In this document: positions 14,204-27,764 of the stretch, piece by piece
Numbering within the stretch: the stretch's first letter is position 1
Layout of the letters: every line of letters begins with the position of its first letter
From: Octopus sinensis
Lineage: Eukaryota
NCBI RefSeq assembly: GCF_006345805.1
Contig: NC_043017.1
Location: forward strand, 27,528,001-27,592,000
Reading direction: 5' to 3'
DNA: 64,000 nucleotides
Notes under the pieces: model-generated
What the model was told of the DNA's origin: nothing
Seen by the model: the letters and a program-made list of their open reading frames with translations, nothing else
Database searches by the model: none
Made by a program: the position numbers and the translations under genes

Positions 14204-14322
14204 GCATATATATGGTATATATAATATGCGTAATATATATATATATGCGTATATATATATGCGTATATATATATGCGTATATATATATATATGCGTTATA
14301 TATATGCGTATATATATATGCG

Positions 14323-14353
<31 letters not shown>

Positions 14354-14545
14354 GCATATATATATTATATTATATGCATATATATATGTATATATATATG
14401 CGTATATATATATATGTATATATATATGCGTTATATAATATGCATATATATATGTATATATATATGCGTATATATATATGCATATATATATATGTATATA
14501 TATATGCGTATATATATATGCATATATATATGTATATATATATGC

Positions 14546-14576
<31 letters not shown>

Positions 14577-14600
14577 GTATATATATATATATGCATATAT
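13565..14600. repeat. (TA)n field punctuated by TGC/TGCG/TGT units
   Basis: Direct inspection. Confidence 0.95.
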
Positions 14601-14874
14601 GCATAAATGTTTATGTAAGTATATGGGACTCTGTGTGTTTGCGCATGTGCTTGAAAATCTTTTGCGTCTCTCTTTATACGAGTATGTCTATATTATTTAA
14701 GCATCTATTGTTTAATCCCAAGTTAGCTCTGCAGGGCTACCATCAAAATCATTACAGGTTCTCCAATTCTTTCTGTCTTCGGGTGGAGGAACCTAGTGCT
14801 GTATTATTATCCACCGTAGCATTTCCTTTGAGATTCTAAACTCCTAGTCTGAGGCAGCTTTGTCTATTTATATG

Positions 14875-15332
14875 ATACTAGCAGCATAGCCCGGCGTTGC
14901 CCGGGTATGTAAGAGCCCCTAGTAGGCAACGACTAATCCCAATCTAGTCCTTTCCCTCTAGGGAAAGAAAGCGCATGTGTAGGTTGCAATGTCTTCTCTT
15001 CACTCGAATACTTCTGTGTATACGATGTTCCTAGCTGTTCCTTTGGGCGAAAACATGAAAACATCATTGCACCTCCCAACGTGTGAACAGCCCACGTACA
15101 GCCCAGAAAATGTGTTGCATATAAAAAGCTTAGATTCTCGACCCCATGTCGAATTTATCGATTTTTTCAGAACTGGGGGAACTTTTCAAAATTTTCGCTG
15201 CATTAGTTTTGAATTATGACATCGGGCTATGTGTGTGTCAAGTTTCATCAGAATCGGTTGAAAGCCGTGGTCAGGGTGAGGGTACAACCTGACAGACACA
15301 CAGACAGCCTGCTTTTTATATATAGAGAAGAT
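14875..15332 (+). mobile_element. Non-autonomous Helentron/DINE-1-like (HINE-type) rolling-circle element
   Basis: 5' atactagcag...cccggcgttgcccggg hairpin, internal aagtttcatcagaatcggttgaaagccg, subterminal gacagacacacagacag microsatellite and 3' ttttatatatagagaagat. These match the general architecture of DINE-1/Lep1-type elements, judged from memory. Confidence 0.65.
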
Positions 15333-15621
15333 ACATCGACAAGCTGAAGTTTCATTATTGACTGCCATAACCGTATAATGATTTATGTTTGCTTTTCATC
15401 AGCTTAGATATCTGGGTTTGGTTTATATTTTCAGGAGGTTTATTGGCAATTGAATAATTTATACATCCATAAATATCCATTCTCTTTCCTTATTAACAAT
15501 ATGTATTACTATAATAATCCCTAACGTATCGCCGAGATTGTCTCCTTATATGAGAGAGATTAACCGGTGAAATATTTGGATTATTTAATCCCTAATGAGG
15601 ACTTAACTTCCTCCAACTGAT

Positions 15622-15654
<33 letters not shown>

Positions 15655-15658
15655 CACA

Positions 15659-15847
15659 AAATTTAAAGGACTGACCACTAAAAGTAGACGGTCAATATGC
15701 TAGATATAGACGTCAAAATCGCTATTTTCCACGAAGAATGTGTTCTCAAGAAAAAACTCATTCATGTTTCTTCGTGGAAAATAGCGATTTTGACGTCTAT
15801 ATCTAGCATATTGACCGTCCACTTTTAGTGGCCAGTCCTTTAAATTT
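15659..15847. repeat. Fold-back element: 80-bp arms (2 mismatches), 29-nt loop
   Basis: aaatttaaaggactg...ccacgaagaa / ttcttcgtgg...cagtcctttaaattt, next to (TA)n. Confidence 0.9.
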
Positions 15848-16019
15848 AGTATGTAAATAATATTTTAATCTATGTGGTTGGTAAGAAAGCTGCTTATCAC
15901 ACAGCCTCTCCTGCGTCAATAAGTAACAAATTTATAATGACTACTAGAAACAGCTGTAAGCCAAATTTACTCTAATTACTGTAGAATATATAATAATTAT
16001 TCATACCTTGTCTCATATA

Positions 16020-16059
<40 letters not shown>

Positions 16060-16061
<2 letters not shown>

Positions 16062-16460
16062 CACAGGAGTGGCTATGTGGTAAGTAGCTTGCTAACCAAC
16101 CGCATGGTTCCGGGTTCAGTCCCACTGCGTGGAATATTGGGCAAGTGTCTTCTGCTATAGCCCCGGGGCGACCAATGCCTTGTGAGTGAATTTGTTAGAC
16201 GGAAACTGAAAGAAGCCTGTCGTGTATATATATATATATATATTGTGTGTGTGTTTATGTGTATATGTTTGTGTTTGTCCCCCTAGCATTGCTTGACAAC
16301 CGATGCTGGTGTGTTTATGTCCCCGTTACTTAGCGGTTCGGCAAAAGAGACCGATGAATAAGTACTGGGCTTACAAAGAATAAGTCCCGGGGTCGATTTG
16401 CTCGACTAAAGGCGGTGCTCCAGCATGGCCGCAGTCAAATGACTGAAACAAGTAAAAGAG
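16060..16460 (+). mobile_element. SINE family A, full length
   Basis: Head to tail; (TA)n on both sides. Confidence 0.92.
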
Positions 16461-17361
16461 TCTCTATATATATATATATCTTACTGAACAGTTTCGCTTG
16501 CGCCTATCATTGACATATATTTCTGACGGTTGATAAAATTATGAATCTTGGCAGAGAAGTGAACACTCAGAACAGTAATTGAAAGCGGTTAAGGTTATTA
16601 TAATATGGTTTGATTTAGCCAAATTATGAACGATATTGAGGCTAAACTATTTCGCTGTCAAATTGTTCATGTCAGCCATTTTGATGGTAACACGTCAAAG
16701 CGCGATATATTGTTGCCAGCGGGAACTTGGCAAGAATGTGTGATAAGGACTCGTATTTAGACTATATAAAGCTAATCTGTTGTTAGCAGCCACACGATAA
16801 AAATGTTTTAACAATTTAGTCTGCAAACAAATTCAATACATCTAATTCAGAAATGGAGGTTCGTAAAATCAAGAACAAAATATATATTTGTATGCCGAAA
16901 ATAAAATCTATTTTAAAATTAATGTTCTGATGGAGATTCCGATAAGAATTCATTCACAGGAGAATATGAATAAAAGGAAGAAAATATAGGACACTGATGT
17001 CAATTTAAATATTCTAGTGACTACCTCAACACCAAATATACATACTTAACAAAAGGAAACTGCGAGGCGTTTTGCAGTTCTTATTTAAAAGATATTCGCT
17101 TAATAATGTTATTTAAGTACTTCTGATATATAACTGATCAAAAACCCTCCAGACATTCCCCATGTATTTTAGTTTACAAATAGCTTTATTGAACTACATA
17201 TCCTAATATGTACATAGTTGTTTATAAGTACGTTATGTGAAAAGAAAGATACACATAGCAGGGTGACAGACGGCGTAGGTGTATTCTTCTTGGTACCTGT
17301 TTAATAGGTGTTAATTATACCAGGTAGCTAGAGGCGACATTTAATTCCAGTGTCTGCGGCA

Positions 17362-17590
17362 TTAACCCCTTTGTTACCATATTGCAGTTGAGCTGTTCTG
17401 TGTTTCTTTCAATTAATTTTAAATATTACAAAGAATTTATTAAAATAACTTAGTTATCATTCAGCTAGTGTTAGGAACATAAATTGTGACTACGGTTTGG
17501 TGGAAGATTTTAATTTAAAACTTATGAAAGAAGACATTTGTACTACAGAGCCAGAGCCGGTTTCAACCGGGTTGGTAACGAAAGGGTTAA
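17362..17590. mobile_element. piggyBac-type MITE
   Basis: TTAA at both ends, with TIRs ttaacccctttgttacc and ggtaacgaaagggttaa (CCC...GGG termini). Confidence 0.75.
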
Positions 17591-17686
17591 ATGAAAACAA
17601 CGAAAATCTCCTACTAGAAAAGTTAATAGGTTTCAGAAATTTTAGATTCCAGGTTCACAACTTTATTGTAAAATGAGTCACTTAAA

Positions 17687-17850
17687 TTTTGTTTTTGGAT
17701 TTGGTTTGCAAGATTCTTTATAGGAGAGTCATTCTCTTTTAGTTCATTATTAATTAACACTCTCACCCCTAAAATTTCCACTTATTTCTTCTTTTTTATT
17801 TTTTATTTTCTAAAATTTTCGTTGCATCTTGCAACCTTGTTTTTCTGATA
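17687..17850. repeat. Family F fragment with an internal deletion
   Basis: Similarity to 61899-62219. Confidence 0.7.
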
Positions 17851-19971
17851 TTTTCAGAAATCCACCGCAGCAAAATGTGTACCGCGTAACAACTTCAGTT
17901 GGCTCACGTGTAAATAAAACAAAATAACAGGATATTGAGAGATCTTTTGTCTATTTAATGCTCCTTACTGATTCCCGTAGAATTCCGTTGTTCCAAAGTT
18001 TAACAGTGCTCTCCTGTCAGTTTTAGAAGAATTTTAAAATTAGCATCATTTTTTTTTATTCAATTAAATTGTTAAAAAAAGTTGATGTAATACCGTAATA
18101 CGTTAAGTGTTAGAGATAGAGATACGTTTATCGAAAAAAGGTGAAGATCGTGCATATAGTGAAAAGAATCAGCTACAAATAACATGGTATATGGATTGTG
18201 TTGTAGTTGAAATATGTGGTCGTCCATGCTCTTATGTCTCAGATGGTGAGAAAAGGTGTTTGAGATAAATATCTCTATAAATATTTCACAATGAATATTT
18301 ACAGGCAACCTTACACCTATTTCTGTCAGATAGAAGCATTGTGGAAGAAATATAGAAAAAGTTATTCTCAAATCCCTAATGCAAATTCGGCTTCATTTTT
18401 AATCTTCCTATCATAAGGTAGTGTTATCCATACCTCTGCCATCTCGGTTTTATAGTTTTTTAATCTTTTCTTTTCTGTCTTCTTTGTTATTTCATTTTAT
18501 TCTATTTTCGTGTTTGTATTTTGATGTTTTAGTACATAGGTGAGAGGATATACTCCTAACACTCTGTCCAATGAATGTGGTATTGATGTGGTGGCTATAG
18601 AAAATGTGTAAATCGATGAAGACAGATGGAAGAGATTATGAAATGTATTTCAAATAATAGGCGTTTTGGGAGGCAAAGGAGGGGCATAATGAATAGACAC
18701 CATCTTAAAGAGGACGAGAGGTTCAGGTAAATGTCAGGGAAGAATTAAATGCAAGAATATTATAGGCTGAAACAAAGGCAGAAAGAGACTAGATCGAAGG
18801 CGCACAAGAACATCTAAATTCGATGTGAGGAAAAGTGTGTTGGTGATTTAAAGGGTATTGATGTTTTTTTTTTTTCCGGCCAGATTTGCCTTGATCGGTA
18901 AGACATAAAAATGCTTTAAAACCAAGTCAGTGCATTCTCGTTGGTTTTGTTCTTGATCTATTAGTTCTCAGACAGACCGTCAATAAATATAGTACCAAAT
19001 TTGTCCTTACATTTTAAGACGGTAGTATATAATGTGAATGAGTGAAGGTTACTGCTTTAGAGATCGAATAACCACTTACAGGCTTCTTTGTTACATCTCT
19101 CGAGGTTCAGGTCAAATAGCATTCCTTTGGATCGTATGTTTAATAATGTATGAACTCCAACTATATAGCCTTTACCGTTGAAAGTGAACATGGCAAATTG
19201 GAATGAGAATATTGATCAGTTCCTTATCGTTATGGTTCAAACGTATAAAAGAAAGAAAAAAAACACATTCACTACCCGAAACAAAAATGTATGTTATCTC
19301 ATTGAATGTCAGACTGGAATGAATAGCTTCTCAAAAAGCTTTAAATTCTTACATGTTACCAATGTATAATGTTCTTCTGAAAAAATCAATAAATATTCAC
19401 TTGGATATTCACAACATCTTTAACAACGTGCACACGACCTTTTAGAAATAGCAGCTACATTTTCCTTAAATCATATAATGCAAATAGGACATATTGAAGA
19501 CTGTAGTTCAAGATATACTGTAACTGGAAGTAGAGTAGTTATGTACTTTTTCTCTTTTTAATTATTAATATGCGGTCATGCTGGAGCACATACTTGAATA
19601 CTTCTCTTTGGTCTCATCGATGCCAAGCGATTAAATAATTTGGGAACTATTTTATCGATATGCGTTTATTGAAATTCTAAAATACGAGATAGGAAGAACG
19701 ATATCGTTTATGTTTCCAATAGATCAAATGTAAAGATATAAAAATACACATACACGCTCACACACCGATACACTCGAATCACAAAGGCACATTCATATAT
19801 CTGAATATAGAAATATTTATTTTACAGGCTTCCGTCTCCTAATTTTACTCATAAGATATCGGTCAATCTAAATTCAAATAGAAGATGCATGTCCAATTTA
19901 TCCCGCATTGGGTCCGAACAGCCAATTATTGTTTCGTTATACTCTTCTTCGTGAGAAATGATCTTGGATAA

Positions 19972-19973
19972 TG

Positions 19974-20004
<31 letters not shown>

Positions 20005-20445
20005 AATTATTGTATACAGTGCTCAGGTGCACCACAATTTGTCAAAAGTGCGTATAAAGCACATGCAGTAATGTACAAATGTCTGGGAAGTGAACAGTGT
20101 ATGAGTCAGGTACATGCTTGCGTGTGTATGGAGGGGAGAAAAAGCAGGCGAATCTCAGGAAGCATGAAAGTTTTAAAGGATGCAGTGCTCCGACAACTAA
20201 CCACTGATGCCGGCAGTTTGTTCCATGTTTCAGCAACTCTTAGCGTGAAGAAATGTTTTCTGACGGGTGTTAGACAGGTGGAGTTTGAAAAGAGGCTCAG
20301 AGTTATTGTTTGCAAGATGTTTAATAATTTTTTGGGTGTCTGCAAAGTCAGCTGCCAGACGTCGGAGTAGCTACCAGATGTACAACACAGATCTAACTTG
20401 AGCTTACCAAGTTCTGGAAAGGCCATCTTTGTGGTACAATGTTTA
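19972..20445 (-). mobile_element. CR1-type LINE 3' fragment with (ATT)n tail
   Basis: Translation RKHFFTLRVAETWNKLPASVVSCRSTASFK matches the CR1 ORF2 C-terminal motif; (ATT)n tail at 19972-20002. Confidence 0.75.
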
Positions 20446-20575
20446 AACTGGAGTATTTAAATACTACAGATGCACTCACAATTTAACATCAATGTGAATT
20501 TCAGAGCGAAGTCCACCGTCAAGAAAATGTACGAGAGAATATTTCATTTGCGTATGAGTTCCTAGTCTTCCCATT

Positions 20576-20806
20576 TATTTCTTTAATACCCACAAGGGGC
20601 TAAACACAGAGGGGACAAACAAGGACAGACAAACAGATTAAGTGGATTATATCGACCCCAGTGTGGAACTGGTACTCATTTAATCGACCCCGAAAGGATG
20701 AAAGGCAAAGTCGACCTCGGCGGAATTCGAACTCAGAACGGAACGGCAGACGAAATACCGCTAAACATTTCGCCCGGCGTGCTAACGATCTTGCCAGATC
20801 ACCGCC
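20576..20806 (-). mobile_element. SINE family B
   Basis: Family B consensus, reverse strand. Confidence 0.88.
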
Positions 20807-21651
20807 CTAGTTTTCCCATTCATCATCCCGTGATGCCCCTGGATACATCATCAGTGATATTTCCCTGTTGCCATTCAGTGTGTCTGTTCTTTCAACGTAT
20901 GGCAACTTCACCGAGGCGACCCAGCCGGAGCTGATCGAGCCACAATATGCGTCCATTTAGCGTATTCCCTGTCAGTAGTGCCCCTTCCAGAGCTCGCTCC
21001 ACCTGATCGATAGCCACATTTACGCAATCTCCGCTGCTACACTGTCAGACTCATGGCCTTCACCCTACTCTCCCTTGTGATTTCAAAAGAGGTTATAATG
21101 CTCTGTTAACCCACTGCGTCTCACGTCGATGTGATTCCGTCTTATTTACCCCCCATTGCTTTCGCACACTTCCTCATGTTAAAAAACCTTTCCCCACCTC
21201 TTACTCTCTTCTAGTATTAAAGTACACTGCATGTCATTATTGAGTTTCCTACCAAAATGCATTCATATAGAGTAGTTTGTTCTACATAAAATTCGTTTAG
21301 CATTTCTTTAGATCATGATTTGAGATTCGGTGATAGAATTGACAAGAAATTTATCTGTTGATCCACTGTATGCAGTTCTACCTTTTATCAGCCTAACTAC
21401 AGCAGAAGCGATATCGCTTTGCACGATAAAGAGAAAAAAAATATACATGACAGCTACAGATATTTGATAATAACATATAGCAGTTAAATGTTGAAGCAAA
21501 GGAAATAAGATTTTTACATCGCATGGAATGAATAACAACATATGAGGGGACTGTTTCTAACATCAAGGTTAGATTATATGGTAGCAAGTTGATTATGGTC
21601 TAGCTACTGTGTTTACACACACATACATATATAATAATATATTATATATAT

Positions 21652-21751
21652 NNNNNNNNNNNNNNNNNNNNNNNNNNNNNNNNNNNNNNNNNNNNNNNNN
21701 NNNNNNNNNNNNNNNNNNNNNNNNNNNNNNNNNNNNNNNNNNNNNNNNNNN
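21652..21751. other. Assembly gap (100 N)
   Basis: Run of exactly 100 N. Contiguity and distance across it are unknown. Confidence 0.99.
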
Positions 21752-21817
21752 ATATGGTAGAAATTGATATTAAGCAATTACAATCAGTGGCTTAGCATAT
21801 TTAAAAACTCCGAAGTA

Positions 21818-21853
<36 letters not shown>

Positions 21854-21993
21854 ATGCATATATATATAATGTATGTGTGTGTGTATGCATACATATATAT
21901 GTGTGTGTGTGTGTGTGTGTATGCATATATATATATGTATATGTGTGTGTGTATGCATACATATATATGTATGTGTGTGTGTGTGTGTGTATG

Positions 21994-22035
<42 letters not shown>

Positions 22036-22074
22036 AATGTATATATGTGAATTCTTTAAATTTTTTCTGTCATA

Positions 22075-22780
22075 TGCCGGCAGCCATGGTCGATAACCGT
22101 CTTTAGTCGAAGAAATCGCCCCCAGGACTTATTCTTTGTAAGCCTACTACCTACGCGATTGGTTTCCCTTGCTGAGACGCTGTGTTACAGAGAGTTCACC
22201 ACACCAACACCGGTTGTCAGGCGATGATGGGTGGACTAACACAATCACACAGCTACACACACGCGCACATACATATCTATGTATATGAAGGGCTTCTCTC
22301 AGTTTCCGTCTACCAAATCCCCTCACGAGGCTTTGGGCAGATGTTTTTAGAGCATTTGAGGCAGAAATCTGCAGGGTTTCTCGCGTCTTTTATACTCTCT
22401 GCATACACTTAGCTGTAGCAAATATTTCCTCTTTTACTCTCTCTTTTAACTGTTTCAGTCATTTGACTGTGGCCATGCTGGAGCACCGCCTTTTAGTCGA
22501 TCGAATCGACCGCAGGAATTATTCTTTAGAAACCTAGTATATACAGATATACACATACATACAGATATACACATACACACATACAGGTATACACATACAC
22601 ACATAGACACACACCCACACCCACACACACACACATACATACACACATACATACATACATACATACATACAAATATATACATGACATCGGAAACCTCATG
22701 AAGGACGCTAAGGTATGGGGACGTAAACACACCAGCATCGGTTGTGAAGCGATGCTGGGAGGACAAACGCAGACACACAA

Positions 22781-22815
<35 letters not shown>

Positions 22816-23000
22816 ATGTACACACAATTATACGACGGGCTTCTTTCAGTTTCTGTCTACCAAATCCACTCACAAGTCTTTGGTCGGCCCGAGGCTATAG
22901 TAGAAGACACTTGACCAAGGTGCCACGCCGTGGGACTGAACCCGGGACCATGTGGTTGGTATGCAAGCTACTTACTACACAGCCACTCCTACTCCTACGC
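22075..23000 (-). mobile_element. Two SINE family A copies (degraded 22075-22340; interrupted 22431-23000)
   Basis: The second copy is split by a (CA/TACA)n tract and a short foreign segment gacatcggaaacctcat. Confidence 0.8.
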
Positions 23001-23074
23001 ATTTCTGTATGGAGTCAACTAGATTCTGTAAATATAAAACGTACAATGGATGACGAAGGGAGAGAAACCTTTTT

Positions 23075-23496
23075 TTATTTGAGGATTTCCTCTCACAGAT
23101 GAACGCGCATCTCCGATGTTTTTCTCAGTTCTGCTAGTTGTGGGTCTCCAAAAACGTTCATCAATATCGACATTTTTCGGTCATCTTGGAAAAGTCTGAA
23201 GAACTCGACACTTGTGGGAGGCTCCTATACTCCTCTCCATACACGTTCTGCAAATTTGTGTAGGCTCCTGAGAATGTATCGCCATGACAACTTTCTCTGT
23301 CAAGGGCAAATCTACGATCACGCGCTACACACCTCCATTACAAGGAATAGTGTAAATAACGGCAGTGAGCTAGAATGTCAAAACTCAGTGCGCATGCACA
23401 GTAGAGATCAAGTTCAATCTGTACCATGTTGCTTCACTCTGCATGCTTTAGTTTCGTTACAATGGCAACAATCCGGATACTTGATAATTAGATCTC

Positions 23497-23499
<3 letters not shown>
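23075..23499 (-). mobile_element. Tc1/mariner transposon 5' relic (frameshifted transposase N-terminus)
   Basis: End TA-tacgagatctaattatcaagtatccgga resembles mariner TIRs. Stitched frames read LQNVYGEEYRSLPQV / FFRLFQDDR / NVDIDERFWRPTTSRTEKNIGDARSSVRGNPQI, matching the mariner HTH and ExRSGRP region. Confidence 0.7.
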
Positions 23500-23547
<48 letters not shown>

Positions 23548-23575
23548 AATATTATATATACATACACACATAATT

Positions 23576-23617
<42 letters not shown>

Positions 23618-23687
23618 GCAAATATTATTAATATATATATACACACATTATGTATATGTAATATATATATGCAAATATTATTATATA

Positions 23688-26600
23688 TAAAAATCCTTAA
23701 AAATCCTTAAAATGTTTTAGCCCGAAGCCGCGGCCATGCTGGGGCACCACCGCTGAATGAGCCACACTAGTTTGTGAATCCACCTCTGATACGTGGCACT
23801 GATCAACAAGGGAGTTCGATGCTGCTGCCCGCATCCGTGTCTCCTGTCGTGAGGTAGGTTCATCTGGGACTCCCAACAAGAAGAGATCCAGTTAGTTTTA
23901 AAGAAACCCACATCCACACCATGTAAGTCTCTCAGGCATTTAGGGAGGATGTTAAAGAGCTGTGGTCCTCTGAAACCCAAGCTGTGCAGTATCTGGACCT
24001 GTATTTTGATGGTGATGTTGGAATCCTTGGCACCACGCAGCGGCGCCCCGTTCTGCGGTTGGAGTAACTTTGAATGCCAAAGTTTGGGACAAGACCCTCC
24101 ATGATTTTCCAGATGTATATCACTGCATATCTCTCCCGCCTCCGCTCCAGGGAGAAGAGGTTTAATACCTTCAGTCTTTCCCAGTAGCTGACATTTTGCA
24201 TTGAGACGATTTTCTTTGTGTAGCTTCTCTGAGTTGCTTCGAGTTCTGCTGTTTGTTTTATATTGTGTGGTGTTTTATATTGTGTGGTGACCAAAGTTGG
24301 GAGCAGTAGTCCAAGCGGCTGAGGACAAATGTTTTCCATAGGACCATCAGTGTCTCCTTCTCTCTTGTTCTGAAAGTTCGGAGAATCCATCCAGCTAGCC
24401 GTCTGCATTTTATCACCAGATTAGCAATATGCATTTGGAAAGATGCATCATTGCTCATGTCAATGCCCAGGTCACGCACTGATTTTGACTCAGGGATTGC
24501 AATTCTTCCTCCTGGCCAGTGTATCCAGTCTTCACGTCATTTACCTTTGTGTGCCAGTAGCGCAGGGCCTGGACTTACCTGCATTAAACTGCATGTTGTT
24601 GTCCTCAGCCCACCTGTATATTGTGTCCAGCTCATGTTGCAGATGCGCAATATTTTCAGGGTTTTGTATTGCGTGGGAGACTTTTGTGTCATCTGCATAG
24701 CTAGCAAGGGTGGTCATCGTAGCAACTGAAGGCATGTCTGAAAGGGCACTATGAACATCAGTGGCCCCAAGACAGTGCCCTGTGGGACACCGCTTGTTAT
24801 TTGCGTTCCCTGGAGGTGGCTCCATTGCTCACAACTGCCTGTTTTCTTTCTTTTAGGAAGTTGTGCAGCCACTCTCCAAGTTTCCCGCCTATGCCGAGAC
24901 CACCAGTTTGTGACAGATCATACCATGGTCGACTTTATCAAAGGCCTTTGCAAAGTCAAGATATATTACATCCACATTTGAGCCATTTAGTAGCTGTTTC
25001 AACACCCAGTCATAGTGTTGCAGGAGCTGTGTTAGGCAGCCTCTACCTGGTCGAAATCCATGCTGGGTGTCAGACAGTAAGTCATTTTCTTCAAGGAACA
25101 TGATTATTTTCTTACGGACTATTCGTTCCATGACTTTGCTGATGTGTGAGGTCAGAGAGATAGGCCTATAATTTTTAGCATCTGCTCTGCTACCTCCTTA
25201 TGGATAGGGCATATTACCCCCTCTTTCAGTTTGACTGGGAGCTTACCACTTGCAAAAAGCTCTGAAAAGAAGCTGTAGCGGTTTTGCAAGGGCTCGTTTG
25301 CACGATTTGAGAAGGATCGCTGGGAATCCATCAGGTCCAGCAGCTGAGTTTGTGTCAATCTCATCAATGGCTAGTGTGATATCATCTCTTCGATGTTGAT
25401 GTACTCAATTTTTGTCTCTTTGGTCGCTGGTAAAGTGGCAAAGAATTCTTCTGGGTTGTTTACTTGCCTGTGTCCTAGAGGTGTAGTGAACACACTTTGG
25501 AACTGTTCTTCAGTATTTCACTTATCCTCGTGGGATTTCCTGTGAGAGAGCCATCTTTTTGGAAGAGAGGTCCTATTCTCTGGTGCACTGTGGCTGTCTC
25601 TTTGGCAAACTTAAAGAAAGCTTTAGGGTTTGATTTAATTTTTCTATTACCCAAGCTTCTTTATCTGCTCTCTCCTTTTCATGGGACTGATGTAGACTTT
25701 TCTCAGTTTCCATTAGCATTCTTTCGAGCCGAGACTTCTCACCACCACTTTTGGTGTGCTTGCTCAGGCGGTTTGCAATCCTTGTCCGTCGTCTCATAAG
25801 AATCCTCCTTTCTCTAGGATCCTGTTTTTGTTCTTGTGTGTGCTGGCCCTGCACATTGGGACATATTTGTCACATATGGCTTGTATTATGGACATGAGTG
25901 TTTGTGTTTCATGTTTATGTCCGGTGTGGAGAGACATTCAGGCCAATCCTGTTTGAGGATCTCTTTCTCAATCGACTTCCAGTTGGCTTTATGAAAGTTT
26001 AAGTTGGAGAGATGGTGGGTGCTTCGTATAGGCTGTGTGTCTGCGGGGGCTTTTGTTCCATACATAGACAGCTCTATTATGTTGTGATCCGAGATCATTG
26101 TCGGCATCACATTAACATTATGGATAATATCCATATTGTTTGTAAAGCAGAGATCCAGTATATTATCTGCCCTTGTTGGTTGCAGAACTATTTGCTCCAT
26201 GAAAGAGGTATTTGTGAGATGGAGCAGGGACTCCACCTGTGCCTGCTGATGGTGTGTCATCCCTGGGAGCATCTGCCCCCCCAGGCCATTCCACATTGGG
26301 GAGTTAAAGTCACCCATGAAGAATACACTGTTGTGCTGTTCAAGGTTGGTGAGGACTCCTCCTATTTTTGTTAGGCAGTCTTCAAACATGCCTGAGTGTT
26401 TTGGGCGTCTGGTGGGCGATATGTAGTGCATATGACGATATTCAGTTGTCTTACGTGTACAATTTGAGTTTCACATACTGAGTTTGAATATGACAGCAGG
26501 ACCTGGGGCGTGAGGTCATCTCGATGTACATTGCACTCCACCATGGCTCCTCCCTTTTCTATCTGTGCGTATGACTGCATATTGCGGCATGTGTATTTCT

Positions 26601-26932
26601 GCATCACCTATATCGGGTTCAAGATGCGTTTCTGTGAGTGCCATGCATATAGCTTGATTGCATGTCACAAGGTCTCTCAGGAATGAAATTTTCTTTTTAC
26701 AGTTTCCGCGCAGCAGCCCTCCTACATTCAGTAGAAATATTTTGTGGTGTGTGTGTTGGTGTTGGTGTCTGTGGTGGCCATCCTGCATCTGTTGGAGGTG
26801 GCCTTATGTGGTGGTAGTTCCAGCTTTGTGCTTGTAGCCAGGTCAGCTGCTGAACATTTTTTGTGCCATGCACAAAAAAGACTGCTGTTCAGCTGCCGCC
26901 CTTCTCACATCTGGGTGAAGCTGGCCACACAT
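23688..26932 (-). mobile_element. Decayed CR1/L2-group LINE (APE endonuclease + reverse transcriptase), 5'-truncated in or near ORF1
   Basis: APE motifs LLNVGGL, LTETHL, RTDRKGRSHGGV, YRPP, GDFN, SDH. RT motifs QHGFRPGR, YLDFAKAFDKVDH, YADD, SRLDYCSQLWSP, LERRRERY. Many frameshifts. Tail (ttttaagga)n. Confidence 0.93.
23930..26790 (-). pseudogene. Frameshifted LINE ORF2 (EN-RT)
   Basis: Motifs are spread over at least eight short ORFs in different frames. Confidence 0.9.
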
Positions 26933-27249
26933 TATATATACACACATTAATATGTATATATATATGTATATATATATATATGCAAAAATTATTATATATA
27001 TGCACACGTTAATATGTGTATATATATATATATGTGTATATATATATATATATATGCAAATATTATTATATATACACACGTTAATATGTAAATATATACG
27101 TGTTATATATATATATGTGTATATATATATATAATATATGCAAATATTATTATATATATACACACATTAATATGTAAATATATATATATATATATTATAT
27201 ATATATATATAATATATATATGTATATATATATATATATAATATATATT

Positions 27250-27603
27250 GGTTTGTGTGTGAATGTGTGTGTGACTCTGTATTGAAATACGAACAGAACG
27301 CAAAAATTGTAAGCAACGTGCGAGATTATACAATAACATTCTAGACACGAACTACCCACACAAAACATGAAAGTCAGAAATAATACTTTGAACACACATA
27401 TAACGTATTATTTACTTATCCTGAATAATACACAATCGAATTTTATACAACTAACAAAGTTTTATAACCTTATTTCTTCCAAAGTGATAAAACATAATAA
27501 TTCTTTATTGGAATGAGAAACTCTCGATAATTTGCACAATTTATTAAAGACATTACCTTCACAGAAAATCTCCAAAAGGTCTTTGATGAGGTTTCCGATG
27601 TCA
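27250..27603 (-). mobile_element. Unclassified repeat fragment, possibly a LINE C-terminus
   Basis: Reads [22 protein letters not shown]. Its first 19 nt recur in the opposite orientation at about 22681. Confidence 0.3.
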
Positions 27604-27733
27604 TATATATATATCTGTATGTATGTATGTACATATATATATATATATATCTGTATGTATGTGTATATCTGTATGTATGTGTATATCTGTATGTATGTGT
27701 ATATCTGTATGTATGTGTATATCTGTATGTGTA

Positions 27734-27764
<31 letters not shown>

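Noticed and set aside
18105-18266. Cys-containing 53-codon frame; also exon-like segments at 12171, 38492 and 57306
   Set aside because: Weak or single splice signals, no recognisable domain, and lengths within chance expectation.
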